This document shows, one piece after another, positions 1-10,420 of a DNA stretch of 64,000 nucleotides. Each line of letters begins with the position of its first letter. Positions within the stretch are counted from its first letter, which is position 1. The DNA comes from Sedimentisphaerales bacterium (GTDB lineage: Bacteria; Planctomycetota; Phycisphaerae; Sedimentisphaerales; SM23-30), in the NCBI GenBank assembly GCA_963663805.2, contig CAXXMR010000015.1:32001-96000 (forward strand). The letters run 5' to 3'. Position numbers and translations under genes: made by a program. The notes below the pieces were generated by a model. That model was given only the letters and a program-made list of their open reading frames with translations. It ran no database searches and was not told the DNA's origin.

Positions 1-180
1 ATAGAAGAATCCTGTGAACTGCTCAGAGAGAGCAATCTGAACATTAACGAGATTTCCCAAAGTTGCGGCTTCAGCAATGTGAGTTATTTCAGAAGAGTGT
101 TCAAAAAAAACAAGGGTGTAACCCCGCTTACATATAGGAAATTCCACGACCAGGACCAAATTAGTTGGAGATGTACCTGA
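1..180 (+). CDS. AraC-family transcriptional regulator, C-terminal HTH only (gene starts before the window)
   Basis: Frame 1 reads IEESCELLRESNLNINEISQSCGFSNVSYFRRVFKKNKGVTPLTYRK..., the second HTH of AraC/XylS. Stop TGA at 178-180. Confidence 0.9.
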   Translation: MEESCELLRESNLNINEISQSCGFSNVSYFRRVFKKNKGVTPLTYRKFHDQDQISWRCT

Positions 181-194
181 TAGTACGAAGTATT

Positions 195-2401
195 ATGAAA
201 AGAATGTCTTTTTCCATAAATCGCAATTGGCTTTTTAGTAAATACAAAAAAAACTCATACAAGCCTGATTTTGACGATTCCGGTTTCGACAAGATCACCC
301 TGCCCCATACAAACAAATTGTTTCCCTGGCATAGTTTCGACGAAAAAGACTATCAATTTACCTCTGTCTACAGAAGGCCGCTAAAAATTCAATCCGGCTG
401 GAAAAGCAAAAGAGTATTCGTCGATTTCGAAGGCGTAATGACTGCCGCAGATGTATTTATCAACGGCAAAAAAGCGGGCTCTCATAAGGGAGGATTCACC
501 AGCTTCAGCATCGAACTGACAAAACACATCAATTTCGGCGGCAAAAAATCTTTTGGCAGTCAAAGTCGACTCCAGAGAATTACCCGATGTGCCGCCCTTT
601 GGCAGCCGTCTCGATTATATGGCTTTTGGCGGAATCTATCGGGAAGCATCAGATAAGGATCGTAGGGAAGGAATACATAAAAAATATTCTTGCGGTCTCA
701 CTAAATGCGACAACAAACCCCAAGCTCCAAATAGACTATGAACTGGAAATTACCCCAAAAAACGTATCTGGATATGCCTTAAACGTCGAAATAAAAAACA
801 AAAGCGGAAAGTCTGTTTGCAATCAAAACTTGCAAATAGAAAATGAGATAGGCAGTATTACAGTTAAGAACCTTAAAAGGATCAAGCTCTGGAATATTAA
901 AAATCCTCATCTCTATGATGTAGAAGTTCATCTCCTTAAAAAAGGAAAAGTAATTGATGATTATGCTTTCAGGACCGGATTTCGCGAATGCAGATTCAAA
1001 AGAACCGGATTTTACCTTAACAATAAACGAATCAAGCTGATCGGCATGAACCGGCATCAGACTTTTCCGTACATTGGCGCCGCCGGGCCGGCTAAGCTGC
1101 AACAGGTTGACGCTGAAATAATCAAAAACGACCTCAAATGCAACATCGTAAGGACAAGCCATTACCCTCAGTCCCAGCATTTCCTTAATCGTTGCGACGA
1201 AATAGGACTATTGGTTTTTGAAGAAATGCCCGGTTGGCAGCATGTCGGCGATGACAAATGGAAAGAGCTGGCATATCAATCCATCGAAGAAATGATCGAA
1301 ACAGATGCCCACCACCCATCCATAATCATCTGGGGAGTAAGGGTCAATGAATCCAAAGATGATGACGAATTCTATGCCAAAACAAATGCTATAGCTCACA
1401 ATCTGGACATCTCACGGCAAACCGGCGGAGTACGAAAGTGCTTCAGCTCAAGGTTACTTGAGGATGTTTTTACGATAAATGATTTTAACATGACACAAAT
1501 CCAACCGCCGAACCACGACAGATATTTCGTCACCGAATTTTGCGGACACATGTATCCGGTCAAAACCTATGACAATATCCATACCCAGACCCAGCTCTGC
1601 CTGTATCACGCAGAAATCATTAATGAAATTAACACCCTACAACAACATGCCGGCGGCATAGCCTGGTCAGCATTCGACTATAACACCCATGCGGATTTCG
1701 GTTCAGGCAACAGAGTTTGCCACCATGGTATGCATGACATGTTCAGAACCCCGAAACCGGTTGCTTTTTTCTATAAAAGCCAGTGTTCTCCTGATGACGA
1801 AATCGTTCTGGAACCGGCATTCTACTGGTGTATCGGTGATTGGCCCAACGGAGGTCTGCCTGACGCATTGTTTATGTCAAATTGCGATGTATTAAAAATA
1901 TATCTGGATAACAAATTCAAAGTCAAAGAATATCCCAAAAAAGACATGTTCCCGCACTTAAAACATCCGCCGTTTATCTGCAAAAACATCTCCGAAAATT
2001 GGGGCAAAAAACTGCTCGAATTAAAGGTCGAAGGATACGTAAAAGGAAAGAAGGTTATAACAAGAAAATTTTCATCTAAAGGCATAGACAGCAAGTTAAA
2101 TGTTATCTTGGACCATAACACTCTGATCGCCAACGGCGCAGACATGACAAGACTGGCCTTTACGGTAACGGATCAATACGACAACATAAGATTTTCAACC
2201 AGCGGTGTGATTTGCATAGATATAAACGGACCGGCAGAGATTATTGGAGACAATCCGTTTGCCCTGTCCGGCGGCAGGGGATCTGTATATATAAAATCCA
2301 GGCAAAAACCTGGAACCATAAAAATAAAAATCTCACATCCCGTGCTGGGCAGCCAAATAGTGAAAATGACAGTTCTGCCAAGCCAAAAGGAGAAAGTGTA
2401 G
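195..2401 (+). pseudogene. Glycoside hydrolase family 2 (beta-galactosidase-like), split by two +1 frameshifts
   Basis: The GH2 sugar-binding domain (FEGVMTAADVFING..HKGGFTSF) is in ORF 165-656, the segment AVKVDSRE..DYMAFGGIYRE is in ORF 553-741, and the TIM barrel (GMNRHQ, RTSHYP, WGVRVNES, VTEFCG) is in ORF 587-2401. Shifts lie at A6 543-548 and near 648. They may be sequencing errors. Confidence 0.85.
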
Positions 2402-2466
2402 GCCCTTCAAAATGCACCATTCACCAAAAAGCTCTGAATAGTTGTCTTTTTATACACAACAGCTTC

Positions 2467-2496
2467 TTGTTTCCTGGTTATGAAATATAGTACAAT
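2467..2496 (+). promoter_or_regulatory. Putative sigma70 promoter for the 2598-8695 operon
   Basis: TTGTTT-N18-TACAAT about 100 bp upstream of the 2598 start. Confidence 0.35.
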
Positions 2497-2597
2497 AGAG
2501 CAGTTGAGAATTTGCGTGTGTAAGGAAAATAGACCGATATGCCAAATCATTTATTTATCCCGTAACTCCTAATTTCGCCATTAGCAAAGATGTAAAA

Positions 2598-4241
2598 TTG
2601 AAAATACTACATTATAAACCACTAAATACAAATATTTATTTTGTAGTCCTTGCTATCTCATGCGTTATGGGTCATGCGTTTGCAGAGCCAAATCAAGCAG
2701 GCGAAAAGATTAAGCCGCCCTTTACGGTCTTATACAGTAACGATACCACTAATACCATGGCTTGCTCAAGTTCTTTTCATGAGCGAGGACAGGATTTCAA
2801 GATGTCAATGCTGGAGGCGACTGTTGACGAGACTGCCGGAACAGGTGTGCAGGTACACATGCTTCAGCCGGGTTTTACCTGGGTGCCTTTCTGGCAAAGC
2901 AAAATATTACCGGCTCAAGAACACCTGGCCTGGTGGAAAGAATATACCGGACAAGACAAATCCGGTCCTTTCATGAAAAAAGTTGTCCAAGGCCAGGATT
3001 TCATAGCGTCTTTTGTCAACAGTTGTAATAAAAATGACATTACTCCCTTTATATCATTAAGACTGAACGATGGCCATAGACTGGAAAGTATAAATGATCC
3101 GAGATATGATTATGATATCTTTATCAGCAAATTCTATATCGATCATCCAGAATATCGAATTGGAACTAACCTGAACAGTTGGGATGAGCATGTCCACAAC
3201 TGGGCAATACCTGAAGTACGCCAATACAAATTTGCTATGATAGAAGAGGTGTGCCAAAACTATAAATTTGCCGGCCTGGAGCTGGACCTGATGAGGCACC
3301 CGGTCTTGTTCAATCTCAATCAAACAACGGCGCAGGAACGCAAAGAGATAATGACTAATTTTATAAAAAGAATTAGTTGTTTACTTGAAGAAACCTCCGA
3401 GATGGGAAAGCGCCGTTGGCTATGCGTGAGAATCCCTTTGTACATTGAAGTTTATGACAGACTGGGTATTGATTTGCCCGAATGGGTAAAAGCTGGCGTT
3501 GATATGGTGAACGCGTCGGGATATTTTTTTACCGACCAACAGGGTGACTTGAGCAAGATAAACGAAATGATTCCCTACGCGGCAAAATATCTTGAGATGA
3601 CATATTGTGCTGCCGTGGGGCCTACCCTGGTCAAAGCTTATGATGGCTGGATCCCCCGCAGAGCAACTGACGAAATGCTTTATACCACTGCCCATCTGGC
3701 GTATTCCCGCAATTTTACGGGCGTAAGTTTATTTAATTTTGCTTATTATAGAAAACATGGCCGCGGCGACAGAGCTAATTTTACTGAGCCGCCGTTTCAT
3801 GTTTTAAAAAATATTGGAAATAAAGAATGGCTCAGCAAACAGAAACAACACTATTTCATAGGCGAAATTTGGAACAATCCCAAAATTTCATCCCGGCCTA
3901 TGCCCCAAATATTGAAGCTGAATAAGCCCGTTCACTTTGACATCGATATGGCGCCTCCTTCGGCAGGGTGGAAAAAAGATGGACATCTAAGAATCCAGAG
4001 TGACCAGGTCTGGCAAAAGCAAAAATTGCAAGTGTCCTGGAATAAAACCAGATTACAATCGTCAACAAATGTCGCGGAACCATATCCAACACCCTATAAG
4101 ACGGGCAATGGTAAACCGGGACAGTATAAAGCATATACGGTGCCCAAAGAAATTTTGTCTGACGGCATAAACCAAATAGAAGTTATACTAACAGAGGGCA
4201 AAGGCCGGAAAATTATATATCTGGACCTGACAGTTGAATAA
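2598..4241 (+). CDS. Secreted GH156-like / GHL10-fold TIM-barrel glycoside hydrolase (paralog 1)
   Basis: Signal peptide. Motifs VLYSNDT, PFISLRLNDGH, GLELDLMRH and GVSLFNFAYYR match the GH156 EnvSia156 pattern as recalled (LNED, ISMRMNDVH, DGLELDWMR, IYLFNY). C-terminal beta-sandwich. Confidence 0.75.
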   Translation: MKILHYKPLNTNIYFVVLAISCVMGHAFAEPNQAGEKIKPPFTVLYSNDTTNTMACSSSFHERGQDFKMSMLEATVDETAGTGVQVHMLQPGFTWVPFWQSKILPAQEHLAWWKEYTGQDKSGPFMKKVVQGQDFIASFVNSCNKNDITPFISLRLNDGHRLESINDPRYDYDIFISKFYIDHPEYRIGTNLNSWDEHVHNWAIPEVRQYKFAMIEEVCQNYKFAGLELDLMRHPVLFNLNQTTAQERKEIMTNFIKRISCLLEETSEMGKRRWLCVRIPLYIEVYDRLGIDLPEWVKAGVDMVNASGYFFTDQQGDLSKINEMIPYAAKYLEMTYCAAVGPTLVKAYDGWIPRRATDEMLYTTAHLAYSRNFTGVSLFNFAYYRKHGRGDRANFTEPPFHVLKNIGNKEWLSKQKQHYFIGEIWNNPKISSRPMPQILKLNKPVHFDIDMAPPSAGWKKDGHLRIQSDQVWQKQKLQVSWNKTRLQSSTNVAEPYPTPYKTGNGKPGQYKAYTVPKEILSDGINQIEVILTEGKGRKIIYLDLTVE

Positions 4242-6663
4242 AATTTTCAGGAAAATGAAAAATATGTTAAACAAAACATTATTCAGTGTGTTATTGATTT
4301 TAATATTACAGGTTTCTGTGGTTGCTGAATCGATTCCCTATTCATCAAATTTCCTCATTAGCAACAGTGGTTTTTCAGTCATTGAAACATCATCTGGAAG
4401 TATCGCTCTTTCCAGAGTATACAATGATTTTTCGTTCTGCCTGAAGGTCTCTGCCGCCAGTTCCGCCACCGGTAAGGCCGGCGTTTCGATTGACCGGTCA
4501 TCAGGATTATCCTGGGCCACACATCTGGCCGATTGGTGGAAAATAGAACTGAAAGCTAAAACAAATATCACCCAGGGCACCGCCAGACTAGGAATAAAGT
4601 GCGTTGACGAAAACGAAAACCTGATTACCTTAATAGACCTGGGCGAAATCCCCTACAGCTCAACAGCTCAGCAATTGACCTTCCTGGCCGGAGTGCCTGT
4701 TGTTGCTCCAGACCGAATAACTTATGAAGACCACGCCTATCTTTCAGTGATACTCGACAATGCCCAGGGTGATGTTTGGCTCAGTAATGTAAATATTACT
4801 CATTATGAAATGTCTGAATCTGAAATAGAACAATGGAACGTCTCCGGCCCGGTAGATTTTGGCGGACAACCTTGGAACGATCCTGCCTATGAGCCAATTG
4901 ACTCGGAAGACCCCGTCCTGGCAGATACCGGCCATAAACTCCTGGTTGCGGCAGGTGTCACCAAAATGAGAATGCTTATGTATTGGGGCCAGGATAGGCC
5001 GCTGGATGACCTGCCCGTAATAGAATACGAAGAAGATGTGTATAACTTTGAACAGGTCGATGCACTTATCGATGATTTGGAGCAGTATGGAGCGGGAGTG
5101 GGTTTTGCAACTATTACCGGCCTTCCCACCGAATGGGACTTCGACATGTCCGACTACTGCGAAATGGTCTATGAAGTAGTAAGTCATTTTAAGAACCGCA
5201 TAAAAATCTGGGAAGTCTTCAATGAGCCCGACGGCTATGGCCTGGTAACAATTGACGAATATCCCGAATACCTCAGAAATTTTTACCAAGTTGCTAAATC
5301 CGCCGACCCGGATTGTATCGTACTATGCGGCAGAGTCGGTCCCTGGCTGCCCTACCTTATGGCTGATGGCGAAATCATACCCTATATGGACGGCCTGGCA
5401 ACTCACCCATACCCGGGAACCGAACAACCTTTCGAAAGGGTAATTACCAATATTCGTGCTTGCCAAAAAGCAATGATGGTAGCCGGAATTCAAAAGCCGA
5501 TCTATGTTACAGAACTTGGCTTTAGTGCTGGAGGAAGCTGGCCGGGACCAGGAGGCTACCGGACAGAAACTATTAAAGCGCAAGGCATCTATGAAGTCTT
5601 TCCCGAACTGGCACAACTGACAAATCACATATCCTGGTATATGCCAATATACGCAGGAAGAAGATACAGCCTGATTAAATCAGAGCCAGACAAATATGTG
5701 CCCCAGGATGCCTATTGGGCCTATGGCCAGGTTTCCGGACACCTTGGCAGCAACTGTCCTGTCTCTGTCAGTATAAATAGTCAAGGGACCCTCACCAACT
5801 GGGCGGAGGAATTCGTGACTATCTCCGCAACAAATGATTCAGGTGTCAACCAAGATATAAAATTCTGGCCCGTAGGCTTTGTCCCCAATATAGGCTACGA
5901 TGCCGTAGAACAGATTCAACAATACGAATGGCAGGGAACATTATCTCCCGGCCAGACACACACTGAAACAATTCCTGTTTTACCCAACCATTTGGCTCAA
6001 GGAAGATATCCTGTGGGAGTGGCGATCATTACGGAACAAGGATATGAAAACGCCGTCGCTTTGAATGACTTGTGGATTGAAACAATCGCAGCCCAAAGCG
6101 CCGTTTCGTCCTCTTATAGCAATTCGAATGATGGCATCCTCTTTGCTGTCAATGACCTGCTGGCCCCTGATTGGGCCTTCGATGAAAGCACGCCATATCT
6201 AAGCTGGCTTGGTCATGAAGGAACCACAGAATGGCTGCAATATGATTTTCAACAAACTCAAAACATCTACGGCTTGGAAATCTACTGGCTTGACGATACA
6301 GAGCCCAAATATCCATTTAAGAGTTGGGACTATGACACATATAGAATACCCCAAAGTTGGTATGTCGAGTACTGGAACGGCAACGCCTGGCAGCAGATAA
6401 CCGATACTTCCGGCTACTATTCTCGCCGGGGGCAGTTCAACAGCGTTACCTTCGACCCTCTGCAAACCGATAAAATTAGGGTTCTTGCAAATCTGAAATC
6501 CGGATATTCCGGCGGCATCTACGAATGCAGAGTACTCAGTAAATTTGATACTTGTGCTAGAGCGATAGAACCAATGCCCTCCGATATAGACAGCAATTGC
6601 ATTGTTGATATGTTTGATTTAATAGAGTTGTTTTCAAACTGGTTACAAAGCACCAATCCATAA
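4234..6663 (+). CDS. Secreted clan GH-A glycoside hydrolase (GH5/GH39-like) with discoidin/CBM32-like domain and C-terminal dockerin-like motif
   Basis: IKIWEVFNEPD (acid/base) and PIYVTELG (nucleophile). F5/8-like segment EWLQYDF..VEYWNG..F.P..TDKIRV. Tail SDIDSNCIVDMFDL..NWL. The true start is probably 4255 or 4264. Confidence 0.8.
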   Translation: MNKIFRKMKNMLNKTLFSVLLILILQVSVVAESIPYSSNFLISNSGFSVIETSSGSIALSRVYNDFSFCLKVSAASSATGKAGVSIDRSSGLSWATHLADWWKIELKAKTNITQGTARLGIKCVDENENLITLIDLGEIPYSSTAQQLTFLAGVPVVAPDRITYEDHAYLSVILDNAQGDVWLSNVNITHYEMSESEIEQWNVSGPVDFGGQPWNDPAYEPIDSEDPVLADTGHKLLVAAGVTKMRMLMYWGQDRPLDDLPVIEYEEDVYNFEQVDALIDDLEQYGAGVGFATITGLPTEWDFDMSDYCEMVYEVVSHFKNRIKIWEVFNEPDGYGLVTIDEYPEYLRNFYQVAKSADPDCIVLCGRVGPWLPYLMADGEIIPYMDGLATHPYPGTEQPFERVITNIRACQKAMMVAGIQKPIYVTELGFSAGGSWPGPGGYRTETIKAQGIYEVFPELAQLTNHISWYMPIYAGRRYSLIKSEPDKYVPQDAYWAYGQVSGHLGSNCPVSVSINSQGTLTNWAEEFVTISATNDSGVNQDIKFWPVGFVPNIGYDAVEQIQQYEWQGTLSPGQTHTETIPVLPNHLAQGRYPVGVAIITEQGYENAVALNDLWIETIAAQSAVSSSYSNSNDGILFAVNDLLAPDWAFDESTPYLSWLGHEGTTEWLQYDFQQTQNIYGLEIYWLDDTEPKYPFKSWDYDTYRIPQSWYVEYWNGNAWQQITDTSGYYSRRGQFNSVTFDPLQTDKIRVLANLKSGYSGGIYECRVLSKFDTCARAIEPMPSDIDSNCIVDMFDLIELFSNWLQSTNP

Positions 6664-6694
6664 TCTTCAGGCAATAAGGTGCAACAAACTTGGA

Positions 6695-8695
6695 ATGTTT
6701 GGCTTGGGAACGGAAAAAATGTTAAAAATATCGATGAAAATAATAGTAATTTGTTTGATAATTTGCCCCCTGGTGTTAGCAAAATTACCGGAAACCGGAT
6801 TAGTTTTGCATTTGGATGCCAGCATCGGAATCATAACTGACGAGAATAACAGAATATTACAATGGCAGGATCAATCCGGCCAGAATAATCATGCTGTTGA
6901 TATTGACCTTATGGGGCAATTCGAAAGAGAAAAGCTTCCAGTATTGGAACAATATCTTATTAACGGCCTGCCCGCGGCTAGATTCGACGGTGTAGACGAC
7001 AGTCTCATTATATGGGATGACTCGGAAAACCTGAATATTGCTGTAGACCCTTTGGGCATAAACGGTAGCGACGGTCTGACAATATTCATTGTGGCTTATT
7101 TAGATAATTGGGAAGCACCCAATCAAAATAACAGGATATTTGGCAATACCGGTACTGACGTATTAGATTTTATTTTCACTTCGGACAGCCGTATTGCTTT
7201 TAGTACTTCGGTAGCCTCTGTCTGGGGAGACCCTGCCGCGGCCTATACCGGCTCTGAAGCCGGCATAATGCTGGCCGGAAGAATAAGGCCGGAAACCGCT
7301 AATAACAGAACACAGGTTGAAATGTGGCAGAATGGACAATTTCACAAATCAGCCTATGGCCCATTGGAGACAATTTCTAGTCAAAGCCCAAAATCGGTCG
7401 GCGCCTGTGAATACGAAGGTGTTTCCAGCAATTTCTTTCAGGGATGTATCGCCGAAGTTATTGTATACAATCGCCCCCTTAATGACACAGAAATGAACTG
7501 GCTCGGCTGTCACCTTTCCCGCAAGTACACCATCGTAACCGGCTATCAATCGGTAGAAACCGACATCCCTCAAACAGATCTTGTTCTCCATTTAAAAGCT
7601 GATGTCGGCGTAATAACCGGATCAGGCAGCACAGTTATAGAATGGCAGGATCAGTCCGGCCAAAACAATCATGCCGTTAGAATTGATAAGGACGGCCAAA
7701 TTCCCGCCGATAAATTACCGCTTATCGAGAACAGCGTTATGAATGGTATGCCGGTCCTCCGATTTGATGGCATAGATGACAATTTGATGATATGGGACGA
7801 TTCTGCAAATCCAAATGTGAACATTGATCCGCTGGGGCTGGAAGGCTCTTATGGCGCAACGGTTTTTGTGGTCGCTTATCTGGACAGTGGCACCGTACCT
7901 GACAGTACAAAAAGATTATTTGGAAATACCGGCCCGGATGTATTTAATATACAATTTCAGACTGGCGGCAGAAGTTCATTTTCTAATTCGGTAAAAGTTT
8001 TGTGGGGTGATGCAGCCTACCCATATAATGGTTCAGAAGGTGGAATAATGATAACTGGCAGGCTAAAGCCGGATTTCGTAAATGATATCTCACTGATAGA
8101 ACTATGGCAGGAAGGACAAGCCTACAGCTCTAGGTCTTCGACGCTTGAAGCCCTCGTTTGCCAAAGCCCCAAATCGGTTGGGGCCTGTGAGTACGCCGGA
8201 CTTTCGTACAATTTCTTTCAAGGCTGTATAGCTGAAATAATTGTTTACAAAAGGGACCTGAGCGAATTTGACATGAATTTTGTCGGAGATTATCTCAGCC
8301 AAAAATATACCTTGGGTGCAAATTATAGCAACCCTGATGCAAGCCATCATGTCTACATACAAACATTGCCACCAGGCATCAATACGGTATTTCCAAGACA
8401 GGGTCTCTACAATTGCTTCAACTTAACCACAATAAATTTAGAAGCCTATCCATCCGCATCATGTCCGGATACATACATCTTAGACAACTGGTCTGGCGGG
8501 GATATTTTGGACCAAAACGCCGCCTTTACAAAAGCAATAATTAGAACAAACACAACCATCACGGCAAATTTCACGCAAACCCAACAGTGTGGCGATGTAT
8601 GCCACCAATATCCTATTGGTGACATAAATCAAGATTGCATAGTAAATTTATATGACATAGCACTTTTGGCCGAAAATTTAATCATAGATTACTAA
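6695..8695 (+). CDS. Secreted non-catalytic protein: two tandem LamG/concanavalin-like domains, InlB-B-like repeat, dockerin-like tail
   Basis: Two internal repeats LVLHL.A..G....WQDQSGQNNHA...RFDG.DD...NFFQGCIAE.IVY. Tail CGDVCHQYPIGDINQDCIVNLYD. Confidence 0.8.
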   Translation: MFGLGTEKMLKISMKIIVICLIICPLVLAKLPETGLVLHLDASIGIITDENNRILQWQDQSGQNNHAVDIDLMGQFEREKLPVLEQYLINGLPAARFDGVDDSLIIWDDSENLNIAVDPLGINGSDGLTIFIVAYLDNWEAPNQNNRIFGNTGTDVLDFIFTSDSRIAFSTSVASVWGDPAAAYTGSEAGIMLAGRIRPETANNRTQVEMWQNGQFHKSAYGPLETISSQSPKSVGACEYEGVSSNFFQGCIAEVIVYNRPLNDTEMNWLGCHLSRKYTIVTGYQSVETDIPQTDLVLHLKADVGVITGSGSTVIEWQDQSGQNNHAVRIDKDGQIPADKLPLIENSVMNGMPVLRFDGIDDNLMIWDDSANPNVNIDPLGLEGSYGATVFVVAYLDSGTVPDSTKRLFGNTGPDVFNIQFQTGGRSSFSNSVKVLWGDAAYPYNGSEGGIMITGRLKPDFVNDISLIELWQEGQAYSSRSSTLEALVCQSPKSVGACEYAGLSYNFFQGCIAEIIVYKRDLSEFDMNFVGDYLSQKYTLGANYSNPDASHHVYIQTLPPGINTVFPRQGLYNCFNLTTINLEAYPSASCPDTYILDNWSGGDILDQNAAFTKAIIRTNTTITANFTQTQQCGDVCHQYPIGDINQDCIVNLYDIALLAENLIIDY

Positions 8696-8733
8696 TATCG
8701 CGTAATAGGCAAATATCCATCTGTTACCGAAAC

Positions 8734-9083
8734 GGTGAGTTTTCGGCAAGGCTGAAAAAAAGAATCTATTTTGGGGCGGCGGTGCTTTGGAGCCTATCGT
8801 TGTAGTTCCAGGGCATCCAGTCAGCCGGGGATGCTGTTGCGGCGTCGATGTGCTTTTGCAGTTGGGTGAGGTAACCGAACGGGTTGACTTTATTCAGTTC
8901 GCAGGTGTGGATCAGGCTCATGAACAGGTCGCCCACCCGGGCACCGTTGAGAGTTTTGTAGAAGCAGGCGTCCGGTGGAGAATCGCCTTCTTCAAGGCCC
9001 GTTCGCAGATATTATTATCCAGCGGCGCACCGGGCTGTCTCAGGAACAGCGTCAGTTTCTGCCAGTGCCGGAGCATATAGCGG
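8734..9083 (-). mobile_element. IS66-family remnant (3' end of transposase, frameshifted, with probable right end)
   Basis: Minus strand reads YMLRHWQKLTLFLRQPGAPLDNNICERALKKAILHR, then after a shift ACFYKTLNGARVGDLFMSLIHTCELNKVNPFGYL..DWMPWNY, the IS66 C-terminal signature. Probable terminus GGTGAGTTTTCGGC at 8734. Confidence 0.85.
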
Positions 9084-9528
9084 TCCGCCTCATTGAGGGC
9101 CCGTTCGCCGTAGGCCTTGAGCATGACAGCTTCATCAGCCTGACCCGCTAAAGCTGCCGTGGCCAGCAGGATATTGCGGTCCAGCTGCGGGGCGGAGGTC
9201 TTTATCGCCGGGGCCGCCGGCCGGGCGGCCCGGAGTACCTCCAGTTCGCAATGGTTGATATCCCAACCGTTCTCAATAGCATTCGCTTCGATGTCGGGAT
9301 ATTCACCGTTACAAATCTTACGGATCGCCTGGATACGGCGGGTTTCGATGGCGATCCGCTGACGCATCTGGGCTACCGGATCGGGCTGCTTCGGGGCCTG
9401 AGCCTCGATCTTCTCGGGGACGGTTTGTTCGGTTTGCTCCTTTTCGTTTGGCACTTCGGTTTGTACCTCGGTTACGGCTTGCTCGTTTACCTGCTCTGTC
9501 TGAGTTTCATTCTGCACCGGTTCTGTCT
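9084..9528 (-). pseudogene. Fragment of a phage prohead protease/major capsid-like protein
   Basis: GC-rich segment encoding an acidic linker plus MRQRIAIETRRIQAIRKICNGEYPDIEANAIENGWDINHCELEVLRAARP, resembling planctomycete prophage head proteins. The frame is open up to the IS21 end and fused in frame to the IS66 remnant. Confidence 0.6.
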
Positions 9529-9655
9529 TGGTGATTAGTATTGAAAATGGAGCCAGATTTGCATCGAAATCTGAGCCACTTAGGTTAGTAAAATAACGCC
9601 GATTTCGGCGTTGTCAATAGGGATTCTGGTCCTTTTTCGTTGGATTGAGGCTTTC

Positions 9656-10420
9656 TTAGCCTTCTTTTTTCCGTTTTTTCTCTAAACTCTGGTTAAGTCG
9701 CCAGCTGTCGGTTATGATTTCGACCACGCTCACATGGTGGGTCAGTCGGTCCAGCAGAGCACCGGCTAATCTTTCATCATCGCCAAAGACCTGGGGCCAA
9801 TCGGCGAATGGCAGATTCGTTGTTACGATCAGGCTGGTTTGTTCATAGCACTGGCTGAAAAAGCCGAACAGATGTTCCGCTCCGATACGGTCGAACGGGA
9901 CATAGCCCAGTTCATCGATGATGATCAGGTCGCATTTTTTTATATAGCTCTCTAATTTCAACACCGCTCTTTCCTGTCGGGCTTCGAGATACGTATTAAC
10001 CAGTTCAGCAGCGGTAAAAAACCGCACTTTATAACCTCGTCGGCAGGCTTCCCGGCCGAGGGCGATGGCCAGATGACTTTTACCCACGCCCGGCGGGCCG
10101 GTAAAGACGATATTACTGCGGCGGTCGATAAAGCCGCACATCGAAAGGTCGATAATCTGTTTTTTATTTATCTGCGGCACGGCCATAAAATCAAAACTTT
10201 CAAGTTCCTTAGTCATGGGGAAGTTTGCCTGTTTCAATCTCCTGGCGATGGCCTGCGACTGTCGATGAAAGACTTCGATTTCGGCCAGTCTTTGCAGGTA
10301 ACTTTCATAGGATTCGTTTGCCTGGGCGGATGCCCGGGCAATTGTCTGATACTCTTTTTGAATTGTCGGAAGCTTCAGGGTCTTGAGATAGCTTTTTAAT
10401 AAAACCATTGGATCTTTCAT
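9656..10420 (-). CDS. istB: IS21 helper ATPase
   Basis: Walker A GPPGVGKS, Walker B LIIIDELGY, TTNLPF, ALLDRLTHH. Confidence 0.95.
   Translation of the reverse strand: MKDPMVLLKSYLKTLKLPTIQKEYQTIARASAQANESYESYLQRLAEIEVFHRQSQAIARRLKQANFPMTKELESFDFMAVPQINKKQIIDLSMCGFIDRRSNIVFTGPPGVGKSHLAIALGREACRRGYKVRFFTAAELVNTYLEARQERAVLKLESYIKKCDLIIIDELGYVPFDRIGAEHLFGFFSQCYEQTSLIVTTNLPFADWPQVFGDDERLAGALLDRLTHHVSVVEIITDSWRLNQSLEKKRKKEG

Noticed and set aside
8787..9080. 97-aa plus-strand ORF
   Set aside because: Antisense shadow of the IS66 transposase tail.
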